64,000 nt of DNA, from positions 1,632,001 to 1,696,000 of the forward strand of contig OY969564.1 of the NCBI GenBank assembly GCA_963701095.1, written 5' to 3'. Below are positions 9,944 through 20,320 of this stretch, one piece after another. The translations under genes and the position numbers were made by a program. The notes under the pieces are model-generated. The model was not told where the DNA came from. It saw only the letters and a list, made by a program, of their open reading frames with translations, and searched no databases. Numbering within the stretch: the stretch's first letter is position 1; each line of letters starts with the position of its first letter. The stretch comes from an uncultured Methanoregulaceae archaeon (GTDB lineage Archaea; Halobacteriota; Methanomicrobia; Methanomicrobiales; Methanospirillaceae).

Positions 9944-10420
9944 TCAGGCTGGACGGGACGCACCGACCGCTTCCACGATATCGGCACGCGTAAGTATGCC
10001 AACCAGTCTCTGCCCGTCAACCACCGGGAGCCGCGCTATTCCCTCCTTTAGCATAAGCGCTGCAGCAGCTTCAATATCCATATCCCCGGTTGCTGTGACT
10101 ACACGGTGGGTCATCACTTTTTTTACCTGTGTTTCCCCGATATTGCGAAGGGCATCCTTAGTCTTTTCCCAATTGATGTATTCCCGTATCGGAATTTCGA
10201 TAATCTCAAGCGGGGACGGGAGCCAGAGATCATCTGAAAGCTTCTTCGTCTCCAATTGTGCTATTACATCGGATTCCGTTATAATGCCGGCAAGCATGTC
10301 CCCCTCCATCACCGGTAATCCACCGATATGGTGTTTTCGTAGGATTGCAACTGCATCGCGGAGGGGCGTATCAACTGTGCAGGTCAACGGATTTTTCGTC
10401 ATGGCTTCTGAAACAAGCAT
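9944..10420 (-). CDS. CBS-domain pair protein
   Basis: VSEAMTKNP...IGGLPV..GIITESD and IARLPVVD..LVGILTRAD. Confidence 0.9.
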   Translation of the reverse strand: MLVSEAMTKNPLTCTVDTPLRDAVAILRKHHIGGLPVMEGDMLAGIITESDVIAQLETKKLSDDLWLPSPLEIIEIPIREYINWEKTKDALRNIGETQVKKVMTHRVVTATGDMDIEAAAALMLKEGIARLPVVDGQRLVGILTRADIVEAVGASRPA

Positions 10421-10434
10421 GGTAGTATCACCCT

Positions 10435-11422
10435 TTAGGGCAGCATCCCTGCTGCATCAAGGCCGTCATTTTCCTTAAACCCGCACATGATGTTCATGTT
10501 CTGGATAGCCTGTCCGCTTGCCCCTTTGACAAGATTGTCGATGGCAGAAATCGCCACAACCCGGAGGCCCTCACTTTCGACCATGATATCACAAAAGTTG
10601 CTGCCCCGGACTGCCGCGAGGGTTGGCTTCTGGTACCTGTACAAAAAACTCGCCTTTATAGTAATCACGGTAAAGTTTCTCGACCTCTTTTGTGTCCATG
10701 GGTTCGTTTAAGAGGATATGGGCAGTCGTGAGAATACCGCGATTGACCGGTACGAGATGGGGCGTGAAGTAACATAACGCCGAAGAGCCAAGACCCTTCA
10801 GTTCCTGTTTCATCTCAGCAAGGTGGCGGTGACTGGTCCACTTATATGGATTGACATTGTCTCCGACATTGGGGTAATGCGTTGTTGCAGAGGGGTTATC
10901 CCCGGCTCCGCTCACACCGGTCTTTGAGTCAAAGATAATAGTATGCGCAAAACCGGCAAGCGGCGCAGCGGCTAATGTTGCCCCGGTCGGGAAACATCCG
11001 GGATTTGAAATAAATTTCGCATTCGTACATTCCTTCCTGTGCAGCTCAGGAATCCCATACGGGGCTTTGAAATAATCCGTATGCGGAACCTCGTATACTT
11101 TCTCGAATACCTCCTTCGGGAGACGGTAATCTGCACTCAGGTCTACAACCCGGATTCCCCGCGAAAGCAATTTCCCTGCGATGGTCATTGCAGCCGTGTG
11201 CGGAACCGCAAGAAAGGCAACATCCACATCTATTGCGTCGGGGGCGGGATTCTCGAACTTAAGATGTGAAAATCCCTTGAGCTGGGGATGTACTTCATCA
11301 AGCGGTGTCCCTGTGAGAGAACGTGATGTAACGCACACGACTTCCGCGGAAGAATGATGGTACAGGAGACGGACCAGCTCGCCACCGGCGTACCCGGATG
11401 CACCAACAATCGCAACTTTCAT
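10435..11422 (-). CDS. argC: N-acetyl-gamma-glutamyl-phosphate reductase (frameshift near 10640)
   Basis: [36 protein letters not shown]; shifted C-terminus [25 protein letters not shown]. Confidence 0.95.
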
Positions 11423-11538
11423 ACCGGGATCTTTTCATTCCTGAAAACTTAACCTTTTGCGGGAATCCTTCGCAAAAAATATGCATTTGTAAAAAAATAT
11501 CAAAAAAATCAGTTTTTGCCAGGTGCTGATTTAGCATA

Positions 11539-12450
11539 TCAGTTTTCAAGTTTCCGGGTATAAATATCAAAAATCCGCTGACCGAGAATCTCAATACGCT
11601 GACGATCCTCAAGACCTGAAAGAAGATCTTCCGGGATTGCAACGGCCCCTTTCCGCGCCCCAAGATAGGCCCCACACAGAAAACCGATCGTATCGGTATT
11701 TCCTCCCACATGTGCAGCAACGGTCAGGAGATCTGAAGGGCGATCGTACCTGCTGATCAGGAAAAATGCTATGGGAAGCGTCTGGTACAAAGATACATCA
11801 TTACCTATCTTGAGAACCGCGGTTTCAGTCTCAACACCTTCCTTTTCGAGGTTGAGTGCAGTATGGATTTTACCTCCTAACAAATCATCCTCATTCTGAG
11901 CCTGCAAAAATGCCATTTTCAGAGGGTCCGGATTATCATGGATGGCGTGATACAACAACGTGACAAATGTCGAGACCGCCGCATGAGCTGCCGGGTGGGT
12001 ATGGGTTACCGAACACGCCCGCACGGCCCGTTCAATTCCTTCGTTGACGTTAGGGTAAACAAGTGCAAAAGGAAGCGTCGGGGGAAGACACCCCGCAGTT
12101 GTTGATTTCACACCGCTGGAAAGCGTCTTTCCTGAAATCATATGCTCACATGCCGCCGTTACCGAACCGTCTGGGAATCTCAGTATTTCCCGGGTATAGA
12201 GTTCCTTTAAGGCAAGACCGTATCTTTCATCGGTGTATCTGCCGTCGGCAAGCAGTGTTGCCACAAGAAGCATCATCTGTGTATCATCAGTATACTGACC
12301 GGGTGCTAGGGTGTCATTCGGATGTCCTTTGTATGCTTTACGAAAACCGTACCGCATCTTGGAAAGGCTTGGCATTGTGCTCTCGTTTGGCATGCCAAGG
12401 GCATCACCAACCGCCGCCCCAAGCATGCACCCCTTAATTCGTTCCAGCAT
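11539..12450 (-). CDS. ADP-ribosylglycohydrolase (DraG/ARH) family protein
   Basis: GAAVGDALG, YTDDTQM, TH, GGNTDT..GA..GA motifs. Confidence 0.88.
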   Translation of the reverse strand: MLERIKGCMLGAAVGDALGMPNESTMPSLSKMRYGFRKAYKGHPNDTLAPGQYTDDTQMMLLVATLLADGRYTDERYGLALKELYTREILRFPDGSVTAACEHMISGKTLSSGVKSTTAGCLPPTLPFALVYPNVNEGIERAVRACSVTHTHPAAHAAVSTFVTLLYHAIHDNPDPLKMAFLQAQNEDDLLGGKIHTALNLEKEGVETETAVLKIGNDVSLYQTLPIAFFLISRYDRPSDLLTVAAHVGGNTDTIGFLCGAYLGARKGAVAIPEDLLSGLEDRQRIEILGQRIFDIYTRKLEN

Positions 12451-12626
12451 TAATAAACTATTGAAAGACTCCGATAGATAATGATTCTTGTACTTTTCTT
12501 TTTAATTGAAGGTCTGGATGATTCCGATTGAAAAATCGGCAGTATGCAAAATTATAATATATTGTCAGGAAAATTCCGATTCGTAAACATTTATATAGAG
12601 ATTTAACATGATTAAATATGTAAAAT

Positions 12627-14542
12627 ATGGAGGGAAAAGAGTTTGTGACCAATGAATTTGATGTCAAACTCGTCGAGAACGCAAAGTACTATACCCCTGA
12701 CGCGGGGTACAAGCGTTCTTCATGGATAGGGGATTATCAGGACACCTACCGGAAGTTTCTTTCGGATCCTGATGATTTCTGGGAAAAGATTGCAAAGGAG
12801 CTTGCATGGATCCGCCCTTGGGACCAGGTCTGTGAATGGAAGTATCCCTATGCCAGGTGGTTTGTTAATGCACAGCTTAACATTACCGCCAATTGCCTCG
12901 ATCGCCATGTTGCAGGAGATCGTCGCAATAAGGTAGCCCTTATCTGGCGAGGTGAAGGAGAAAAGGAACGGGTATATTCCTACCAGCGTCTCTTGGGCGA
13001 AGTCTGCAGATTTGCAAACGGCCTTAAAAAGCTCGGCGTGAAGAAAGGAGACCGGGTCTCTATCTACATGCCGCTGGTGCCCGAACAGCTGATTGCCATG
13101 CTTGCCTGCGCCCGTATTGGGGCTGTCCACAGTGTCGTCTTTGCCGGTTTTGGCACAACGGCACTGAATCTCCGGATCAAGGAGGCAGAAGCAAAAGTAG
13201 TGATTACCGCAGATATCTCCATCCGGCGGGGAAAGGCTATCCCTTTGATCACTATCGTTCAAGAGGCTATCATCCATGCACCTTCCGTAGAACATGTCAT
13301 CATCTACCGGAGACGAAAAGAGCCACCTGTCGAGATTCGACCGGGACGGGAACACGATTTCTATGGCATTATGGATGATGTGCCAGCGGAATGCCCCCCT
13401 GAGATCATGGACGCGGAAGATCCTCTCTTTATCCTTTACACAAGTGGATCGACGGGTACCCCTAAGGGCGTCGTTCATACTTGTGGGGGGTACATGGTAG
13501 GGACCTATTATACCACAAAGATGGTCTTTGATCTCAAAGAGCGGGACATCTTCTGGTGTACCGCGGATCCGGGCTGGATTACCGGCCACTCATATATTGT
13601 GTATGGACCGCTTGCCGTTGGTGCAACCGTGTTCATCTCTGAAATTACCCCGGATTATCCGGACCGGGCTCCTGGTGGAAATTGATCCAGGAACAGCAGA
13701 TTTCGGTGTTTTACACGGCACCAACTGCGATCCGGACGTTCATGAAAGTCGGCGAGGCATGGCCCAACAAATACAACCTCAACTCCCTGCGTATTATCGG
13801 GTCCGTTGGCGAGCCGCTCAATCCCGAGGCGTTCGAGTGGTATTACAAAACGATCGGGAAAGGCAGATGCCCGGTCGTGGATACCTGGTGGCAGACGGAG
13901 ACCGGTATGCAGATGATAACTACCATGGTTGGCGAGCCGATGAGGCCGGGATTTGTGGGAAAAGCGATTCCGGGTGTCGAGGTGGATGTGACCGACAGAA
14001 ACGGCAATCCGACACCGCCGGGAAAAGGAGGATTCCTTGTCATCAAAAAGCCGTGGCCGTCCATGTTCCGCACAGTATACAAAAATGACGAACGGTACCG
14101 GAAATATTGGGAAACCATCAAAGGGGTATACTCAGCGGAAGATCTTGCCGTGAAAGGTGAGGATGGATATATTATGGTGATAGGTCGGGCCGATGACATC
14201 ATCATTGTCTCCGGCCATAACATCGGCACCGCAGAAGTGGAAAGCGCACTTGTCTCCCACCATGCAGTGGCAGAATCTGCCGTGATCGGAAAACCCGATG
14301 TGATCAAAGGGAACGCGATAAAGGCGTTTGTTATCCTCCGTGTTGGCAACACGCCAAGCGAGAAGCTTACCCAGGACCTGTTATATCACGTACGTATGAC
14401 GTTAGGTCCTATCGCAGTGCCGCATGAGATTGAGTATGTCGACAAACTGCCCAAGACCCGCAGCGGCAAAATTATGCGCCGGGTCCTGAAGGCTAAAGAG
14501 CTTGGGATGGACCCCGGGGATGTATCGACGCTTGAAGAATAA
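12627..14542 (+). CDS. acs: AMP-forming acetyl-CoA synthetase (frameshift near 13665)
   Basis: [50 protein letters not shown]; split into ORFs 12627-13685 and 13682-14542. Confidence 0.95.
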
Positions 14543-14597
14543 AGGGTAGAATATACCGTATAAATCAAAATAGAGTTCAAACTACGGAGATGAGACT

Positions 14598-15203
14598 ATG
14601 CAAAATGAATCGTCACAACCTGCAACAAATGTGAAAAATCTGGATATAACTGCAAACCCGGCACCTCTTGGGCTGCTCGGTTTTGGCATGACCACTGTGC
14701 TCCTGAACCTGCATAATGCAGGTTTCTTTGCCTTTGGATCCATGATCCTCGCGATGGGGATCTTCTACGGAGGTCTTGCGCAAATCATCGCAGGTATCGA
14801 AGAATGGAAAAAGAACAATACCTTCGGTGCAACCGCGTTTACCTCTTATGGTGCGTTCTGGCTGACGCTCGTCGCCCTTTTGGTTCTTCCGAAGATGGGC
14901 CTTGCTGATACCCCGGATGCACCTTCGATGGCTGCGTACCTTGCAATGTGGGGGATCTTCACGCTGGTTATGTTCGTTGGAACGCTCCGGGCGAACCTTG
15001 CCCTTCAGTTGGTATTCGGGACCCTTGCAATCCTGTTTTTCCTGCTCGCAATCGGCGAAATAACCGGTAATGGTACTGTGACGGTGGTGGGAGGCTATAT
15101 CGGCATCCTCTGCGGATTCTTCGCAATCTATACCGGTCTCGCCCAGGTTCTCAATGAAATGTACAAAAAAACTGTTGCACCGCTTGGTAAAACCATACTT
15201 TAA
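14598..15203 (+). CDS. satP: Acetate uptake transporter (SatP/YaaH/GPR1-FUN34 family)
   Basis: [11 protein letters not shown] signature, [19 protein letters not shown]; directly downstream of acs. Confidence 0.92.
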   Translation: MQNESSQPATNVKNLDITANPAPLGLLGFGMTTVLLNLHNAGFFAFGSMILAMGIFYGGLAQIIAGIEEWKKNNTFGATAFTSYGAFWLTLVALLVLPKMGLADTPDAPSMAAYLAMWGIFTLVMFVGTLRANLALQLVFGTLAILFFLLAIGEITGNGTVTVVGGYIGILCGFFAIYTGLAQVLNEMYKKTVAPLGKTIL

Positions 15204-15208
15204 TTTTT

Positions 15209-16309
15209 TTACGAACCTGACTGTGAGATTTTCTTGCGCTGTGCAATCCGGTAACCGGAAATAACCTGAATGGATCGCCCGAATTCATGGTCGAGTGTTG
15301 GATCGCCCGAATCGATGTACAAAAAAGGCGTTTCCCGGAGTTTGTGGGGGGTGGCGACCACTATCAGATTGTTTATGCCAACTTTCCTGACTACGGCAGC
15401 GCTGATCTGCTGGTTGCCCCGACCAAGGATAAAACCCTGTGCTCCAATAGGGCTGAGTATAATCCTTGTTTCGGGATAATGCCCGGCCACATCAAGAAGG
15501 GTTTGTTCATCTGCATCCTCCGCAACAATTTGACTGTCCATGACTGCGTCTACGCCGAGCAGCGTTTTTTTGATTCCCAGTCTTTTAGCGATTGCTTCTG
15601 TAGTAGTCCCTGCCCCGATAATGTAAAGTACACCGGGGAGCATGACTTCCTGCATGAACCGGGCGATCTCCTCTTTTGCCCGGTCCTCGTTCGCTTCTTC
15701 AAATACCTGTTTTGAAGCCTGGGTCATATGGGCACGAGCTGGCACGCGAGCAATACCAAACAGCCGGGTGTCAAGCACTCCATTCCGGTACGCATCTTCA
15801 TTTACATCCATCACCTCGGCATCCTTGAGATTAAATGGCCCGGAAACGAGCGCGGCTGCAGCTGCTGGATCAAGTGCAAATACTGCAGAATACATCTTTA
15901 CTCCTGCCGGGATTCCGAGGACAGCAACTTTCTGCTGTACAACTTCAAAGACATCCCGTGCAGTTCCATCACCACCACAGAAAAGCAGAAGATCGATACC
16001 TTCCTTGAGGAATGCAGATACTGCCTTTTTGGTATCTTCTGCCGAACTGGTCCCTGGGAGCGTGTAAACAACCTTAAAATTAGGTATCCCGGATTCCTGG
16101 AGAGCCGATGCTCCCATCTCCCCGGAACTGGTGATAAAAAGCATATTTGTGCGAAGCGAAAGGAGACGAAGAGTTATTGCCGCCCGTTCCTGTGCCCGGG
16201 GTTTTGCACCCCGGCGGCGTGCCTCATCTACGTTCCCATCAGTGCCTTTGAGGCCGACAGATCCTCCCATACCGGCAACAGGGTTGATAAGAAAACCGAT
16301 GCGAAGCAT
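15209..16309 (-). CDS. ATP-NAD kinase / AcoX-like protein
   Basis: NPVAGMGG..LKGTD, GGDGTARD, GIPAGVKMYS, GRGNQQIS. Confidence 0.85.
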   Translation of the reverse strand: MLRIGFLINPVAGMGGSVGLKGTDGNVDEARRRGAKPRAQERAAITLRLLSLRTNMLFITSSGEMGASALQESGIPNFKVVYTLPGTSSAEDTKKAVSAFLKEGIDLLLFCGGDGTARDVFEVVQQKVAVLGIPAGVKMYSAVFALDPAAAAALVSGPFNLKDAEVMDVNEDAYRNGVLDTRLFGIARVPARAHMTQASKQVFEEANEDRAKEEIARFMQEVMLPGVLYIIGAGTTTEAIAKRLGIKKTLLGVDAVMDSQIVAEDADEQTLLDVAGHYPETRIILSPIGAQGFILGRGNQQISAAVVRKVGINNLIVVATPHKLRETPFLYIDSGDPTLDHEFGRSIQVISGYRIAQRKKISQSGS

Positions 16310-16327
16310 AAAAATGGAGAGGAGAGA

Positions 16328-17683
16328 TCAAACTTTCGGGATCCGTCCTATAGCCTCTCGGATCAATTGATCCGGATACTCGTAGTCAACCAGCTCGCCG
16401 CTATAGAATGCATCGTACGCGGTCATATCAAAGTTCCCGTGACCTGAGCAGTTGAAGAGGATCGTCTTGTCCTCGCCCGATTTTTTGCAGGCCAGTGCTT
16501 CATCAATTGCACACTTCACGGCATGGGACGTCTCTGGGGCAACGATGATGCCTTCAGTGCGGGCAAAGGTCTGGGCTGCCTCGAATACCTCGCTTTGGTG
16601 GTAGGCAACTGCCCGCATCACGCCATCGTGAACGAGGCGAGAAACGATCGGTGAATCTCCGTGATAGCGAAGACCACCGGCATGCATGGATGGCGGAACG
16701 AAATCGTGGCCGAGCGTGAACATCTTGAGAAGTGGCGTGAGTCCTGCAACATCCCCGAAATCGTAGGTATACAACCCTTTTGTAAGTGTCGGACAGGATG
16801 CGGGTTCAGCGCCAATGATATCGGTGTCCTTGTGTTTTCCTTTCATTTTATCCCCGGCAAACGGGAACGAAATACCGGCAAAATTGGAACCGCCACCCAC
16901 ACATCCGATCACGACATCCGGATAATCGTCAACCATGGCGAACTGCTCCTGACACTCAAGGCCGATTACAGTCTGGTGAAGACATACATGGTTCAGCACC
17001 GAACCCAGTGCATAATTGGTATTCTCATGGGTTGCTGCATCTTCAACCGCTTCAGAAATAGTTATCCCAAGTGCCCCCGGGGTATCAGGATCCTTTTCCA
17101 ATACAGCCCGCCCTGAATTTGTCTTTGTGCTGGGGCTTGGAATACATTCTGCACCCCAGACATGCATCATGGATTTTCGGTATGGTTTCTGGGTATAACT
17201 GGAGCGGACCATGTAAATGGTGCATTCCAGATCGTAGAGCATAGTTGCAAAAGCAAGTGCTGAGCCCCACTGCCCCGCACCGGTTTCTGTGGCAATCCGT
17301 TCGATACCGGCCTTCATGTTATAGTATGCCTGGGGGACAGATGTATTGGTCTTGTGGCTCCCGGCCGGGCTGACACCTTCCCACTTGTAATAAATCTTCG
17401 CCGGAGTCTTGAGGAATTTTTCAAGCCTGTGAGCACGGTACAGGGGACTTGGTCTCCAGAGCCTGAGTACATCCCGTACATCCTCCGGGATGTCTATATA
17501 CCGGTCAGTCGTTACTTCCTGACGGATTAGCTCCATAGGGAATATCGCTTTTAGGTCATCCGGGCCGACCGGCTTGTGCGTAACGGGATGGAGTGGAGGG
17601 TCGAGAGGCGAGGGGAGATCCGCTTGAACATTGTACCATTTCTTTGGGATCTGCTCCTCATCAAGAAGGATCTTTGTCTTCAT
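16328..17683 (-). CDS. trpB2: TrpB2 (TrpB-like PLP enzyme)
   Basis: [47 protein letters not shown]; start at MKTKILL. Confidence 0.92.
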   Translation of the reverse strand: MKTKILLDEEQIPKKWYNVQADLPSPLDPPLHPVTHKPVGPDDLKAIFPMELIRQEVTTDRYIDIPEDVRDVLRLWRPSPLYRAHRLEKFLKTPAKIYYKWEGVSPAGSHKTNTSVPQAYYNMKAGIERIATETGAGQWGSALAFATMLYDLECTIYMVRSSYTQKPYRKSMMHVWGAECIPSPSTKTNSGRAVLEKDPDTPGALGITISEAVEDAATHENTNYALGSVLNHVCLHQTVIGLECQEQFAMVDDYPDVVIGCVGGGSNFAGISFPFAGDKMKGKHKDTDIIGAEPASCPTLTKGLYTYDFGDVAGLTPLLKMFTLGHDFVPPSMHAGGLRYHGDSPIVSRLVHDGVMRAVAYHQSEVFEAAQTFARTEGIIVAPETSHAVKCAIDEALACKKSGEDKTILFNCSGHGNFDMTAYDAFYSGELVDYEYPDQLIREAIGRIPKV

Positions 17684-17811
17684 ATCCGGATAGTTTGTTT
17701 TTGTACAAATATATACATTGTGGAACACTTTTGTTATTTGGTGCTCCCAAGTATACGTTGAATCGTGTTCAGGGCATATTACTATTACCGGCCGGGTATA
17801 TCTTTTCCTGT

Positions 17812-18670
17812 ATGGCGGGGTCAATTATTCCCATTGCATGCAGCGACGTAGATTGGAACGAGGTCTGGAAGGCACAGCAGGCACGTCACGACGCCACCCG
17901 AATAAGAGAGGACACCTCACATGATTGGGATAAAAAGGAAAACGCAGACCGGTACGCGGCAGGCTCTGATGGAGAGTTCCAGAAGCGTATTCGGATAACC
18001 CTTGAAGGGCTTTCCGTCAACAGAACAACAAGGGTGCTGGATATTGGCGCCGGGCCGGGACGCTTGCAATCCCCCTTGCATCTAAGGTAAAAGAGGTCAC
18101 TGCGATCGAGCCGGGGCAGGGATGATAGCGGCTCTCGAAGAGCGGGTAAGAAAAGAAAGGATCACCAACATTACCTGTGTCAGGAAAACGTGGGAGGACG
18201 TGGATCCTGGCCGCGACCTTTCCGGGCCCTATGATCTAGTGATTGCCTCTCTTTCTCTCACGATGCATGATATCCGGGAAGCGGTGCAAAAAATGGATCG
18301 AGTCTCGTGTGGCGAGGTCTGCCTGTACTGGTTTGTGGACCTGCCATTCTGGGAACGTATGTATGCCGACCTGATCCTGCCGCTTCATGGAACCACATAT
18401 TGTCCAGGACCAAAAGCCGACTGCCTCTGGAACGTACTGTACCAGTCCGGGATCTATGCAAATGTCGAGATGCTCCCGCTCGATAAGGAGTACCGGTTCA
18501 CCTCACGCCGTGAAATGACAGGTTTTTTCCAGAAAAGGTTTGATACAAAAACCCCGGATCAGAAAAGAATGGTCGATACCTACTTGTCGCCACTCATTCA
18601 TGCCGATGGGGACGATGTAGTTATCTCCGGTGAATCTACGTTTGCCAAGATCTGGTGGAAAAAAGTCTAA
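17812..18670 (+). CDS. Class I SAM-dependent methyltransferase (frameshifts near 18060 and 18120)
   Basis: DWNEVWK...VLDIGAGPG, then AIEP...M in a shifted frame, ...WED...YDLVIAS. Confidence 0.8.
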
Positions 18671-18696
18671 CTCCTATTAAAATGGTCTTAAATGGT

Positions 18697-20109
18697 TCAG
18701 GGAGCCGATTCACGAATCTCATGACCCCGCATCCAGGACAATGCCCCGGCAATACCGATAATGATAATCGAGGCCAAAAGAGCACCATCGATACCTTTTA
18801 TGAATGCGTCTGAGACTCCACCAACAAGATTGGTAGTGCCGATAAAAACCTCAAATGCCACATCCCGGGGTATGGATGCTGCGGATACCGTTATAGCAAT
18901 AACAAAACTTCCCAGTATCCCAATGTTCTGTACGGTCCTGAGGATCCCAGAGACACCGCCGTAAGATCCCTGCGGTGCGTTTGCCATGACCGCACTATTG
19001 TTGGATGGGAAAAACATCGCCGTCCCAAGACCGGAGACTCCTGAGGCTACCAGGACTTCCCAAAGCGGGGTGTCGACACGGAATGTAATGTAGATAAATG
19101 TCGCCAGGATAAGCATTGCCGCGCCGGAAGTAGCAAGAAACCTCGCCCCGTACCTGTCGGAGAGCCGGCCCATATAGGGTGAAAGAAAACTGCCCACCAC
19201 ATATCCCGGGGCAAGGAGAAGCGCCGCATCAAGCGGCGACAGGTCACGTATACCCTGCAGGTACATCGTGATGAGGAAAACAACCGCAAGATATCCAAGA
19301 CTCAGGAAGAATGCGGCCAGCATGGAAAACCTGAGTACCCGGTTGCGTAATGCGGCAAAATCGATGATTGGCCGTGTGGTACTCCGCTCGAAAAGCGCGA
19401 AAAGGACAAGGAGGCCAAGACCCAGGAAAAATGCGGCAATATTTGTTGCTGCAGTTCCCTGAGTGGCAAAATCAACACCGGCAAAAGAAAGCGAAGTAAG
19501 TGCTGCTCCGAGTAGTACCATGCCCACGATATCCAGCTTTGCCTGTACCCGGGGATTATCCGTAAGATACCGGATACCGACGATCGTGGCTACAATACCG
19601 ATGGGAACGTTGATGAAGAAAATATACTCCCACCCAAAATACGTCGTGATGATACCGCCAAGCACAATCCCAAGCATTGCGCCACTTGTCCAGCCAAGGG
19701 AAATATAGCCAAATGCCGTCCCCCGGACGTTGGGGGGAAATGCGTCAGCGACAATAGCCCCGCTGTTTGCCTGCATCAGCGCTCCTCCGACACCCTGGAC
19801 GACGCGGGAGACAATTAACAGGTTTATACCGGAGGAGATACCGCAGAAAAGGGATCCCACCGTAAAAATCCCAAACCCGGCATTGAACATCCGGCTCCGG
19901 CCGTAGATATCGCCTATCCTTCCGAGCTGGGTGGTGCAGACTGCAACAACCAGGAGATAGATCAGGATTACCCAAAGCGTGGAAATAAAACTCGCGTGCA
20001 GGGAATCCGAAATAGTGGGAAAGGCGAGGATAACAATCGTAGAGTCGATCGATCCCATGAGCGTGCCGAGCATAAGAATCGCAATAATGATCTTCTGCTT
20101 CGCGTCCAT
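18697..20109 (-). CDS. MFS transporter (DHA2/EmrB-like, 14 TM)
   Basis: IDSTIV..AFP, GRIGDIYGR, FFINVPIG, GRLSDRYG; start at MDAKQK. Confidence 0.9.
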   Translation of the reverse strand: MDAKQKIIIAILMLGTLMGSIDSTIVILAFPTISDSLHASFISTLWVILIYLLVVAVCTTQLGRIGDIYGRSRMFNAGFGIFTVGSLFCGISSGINLLIVSRVVQGVGGALMQANSGAIVADAFPPNVRGTAFGYISLGWTSGAMLGIVLGGIITTYFGWEYIFFINVPIGIVATIVGIRYLTDNPRVQAKLDIVGMVLLGAALTSLSFAGVDFATQGTAATNIAAFFLGLGLLVLFALFERSTTRPIIDFAALRNRVLRFSMLAAFFLSLGYLAVVFLITMYLQGIRDLSPLDAALLLAPGYVVGSFLSPYMGRLSDRYGARFLATSGAAMLILATFIYITFRVDTPLWEVLVASGVSGLGTAMFFPSNNSAVMANAPQGSYGGVSGILRTVQNIGILGSFVIAITVSAASIPRDVAFEVFIGTTNLVGGVSDAFIKGIDGALLASIIIIGIAGALSWMRGHEIRESAP

Positions 20110-20320
20110 GCAAATGTCCTTTGAAAGATTATTTTGACCGGTTAATGTACCTGTCGAATTGTATAAACACCTTTTTTTCGGTAATAGTTTAACCCGAAAC
20201 TGCTCCAGGTACATAAAGAATGATGCGAAAGATAACGATAACGGGGATATTATGCCGTAAGGGATATCCGTTATTCTTTTTTTGGAAAAATCTTTTATCG
20301 GGCTTTCAATTCATAACATT

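Noticed and set aside
9093..10478. 461-aa plus-strand ORF and similar long antisense ORFs (12720-13589, 45053-45910)
   Set aside because: They are shadows of conserved genes on the opposite strand with no recognisable motifs.
7867..14542. argB, argJ, argC and acs as pseudogenes (arginine auxotrophy, genome decay)
   Set aside because: Each has a single-base indel with fully conserved sequence on both sides, and the essential DP1 is broken the same way, so sequencing error is far more likely.
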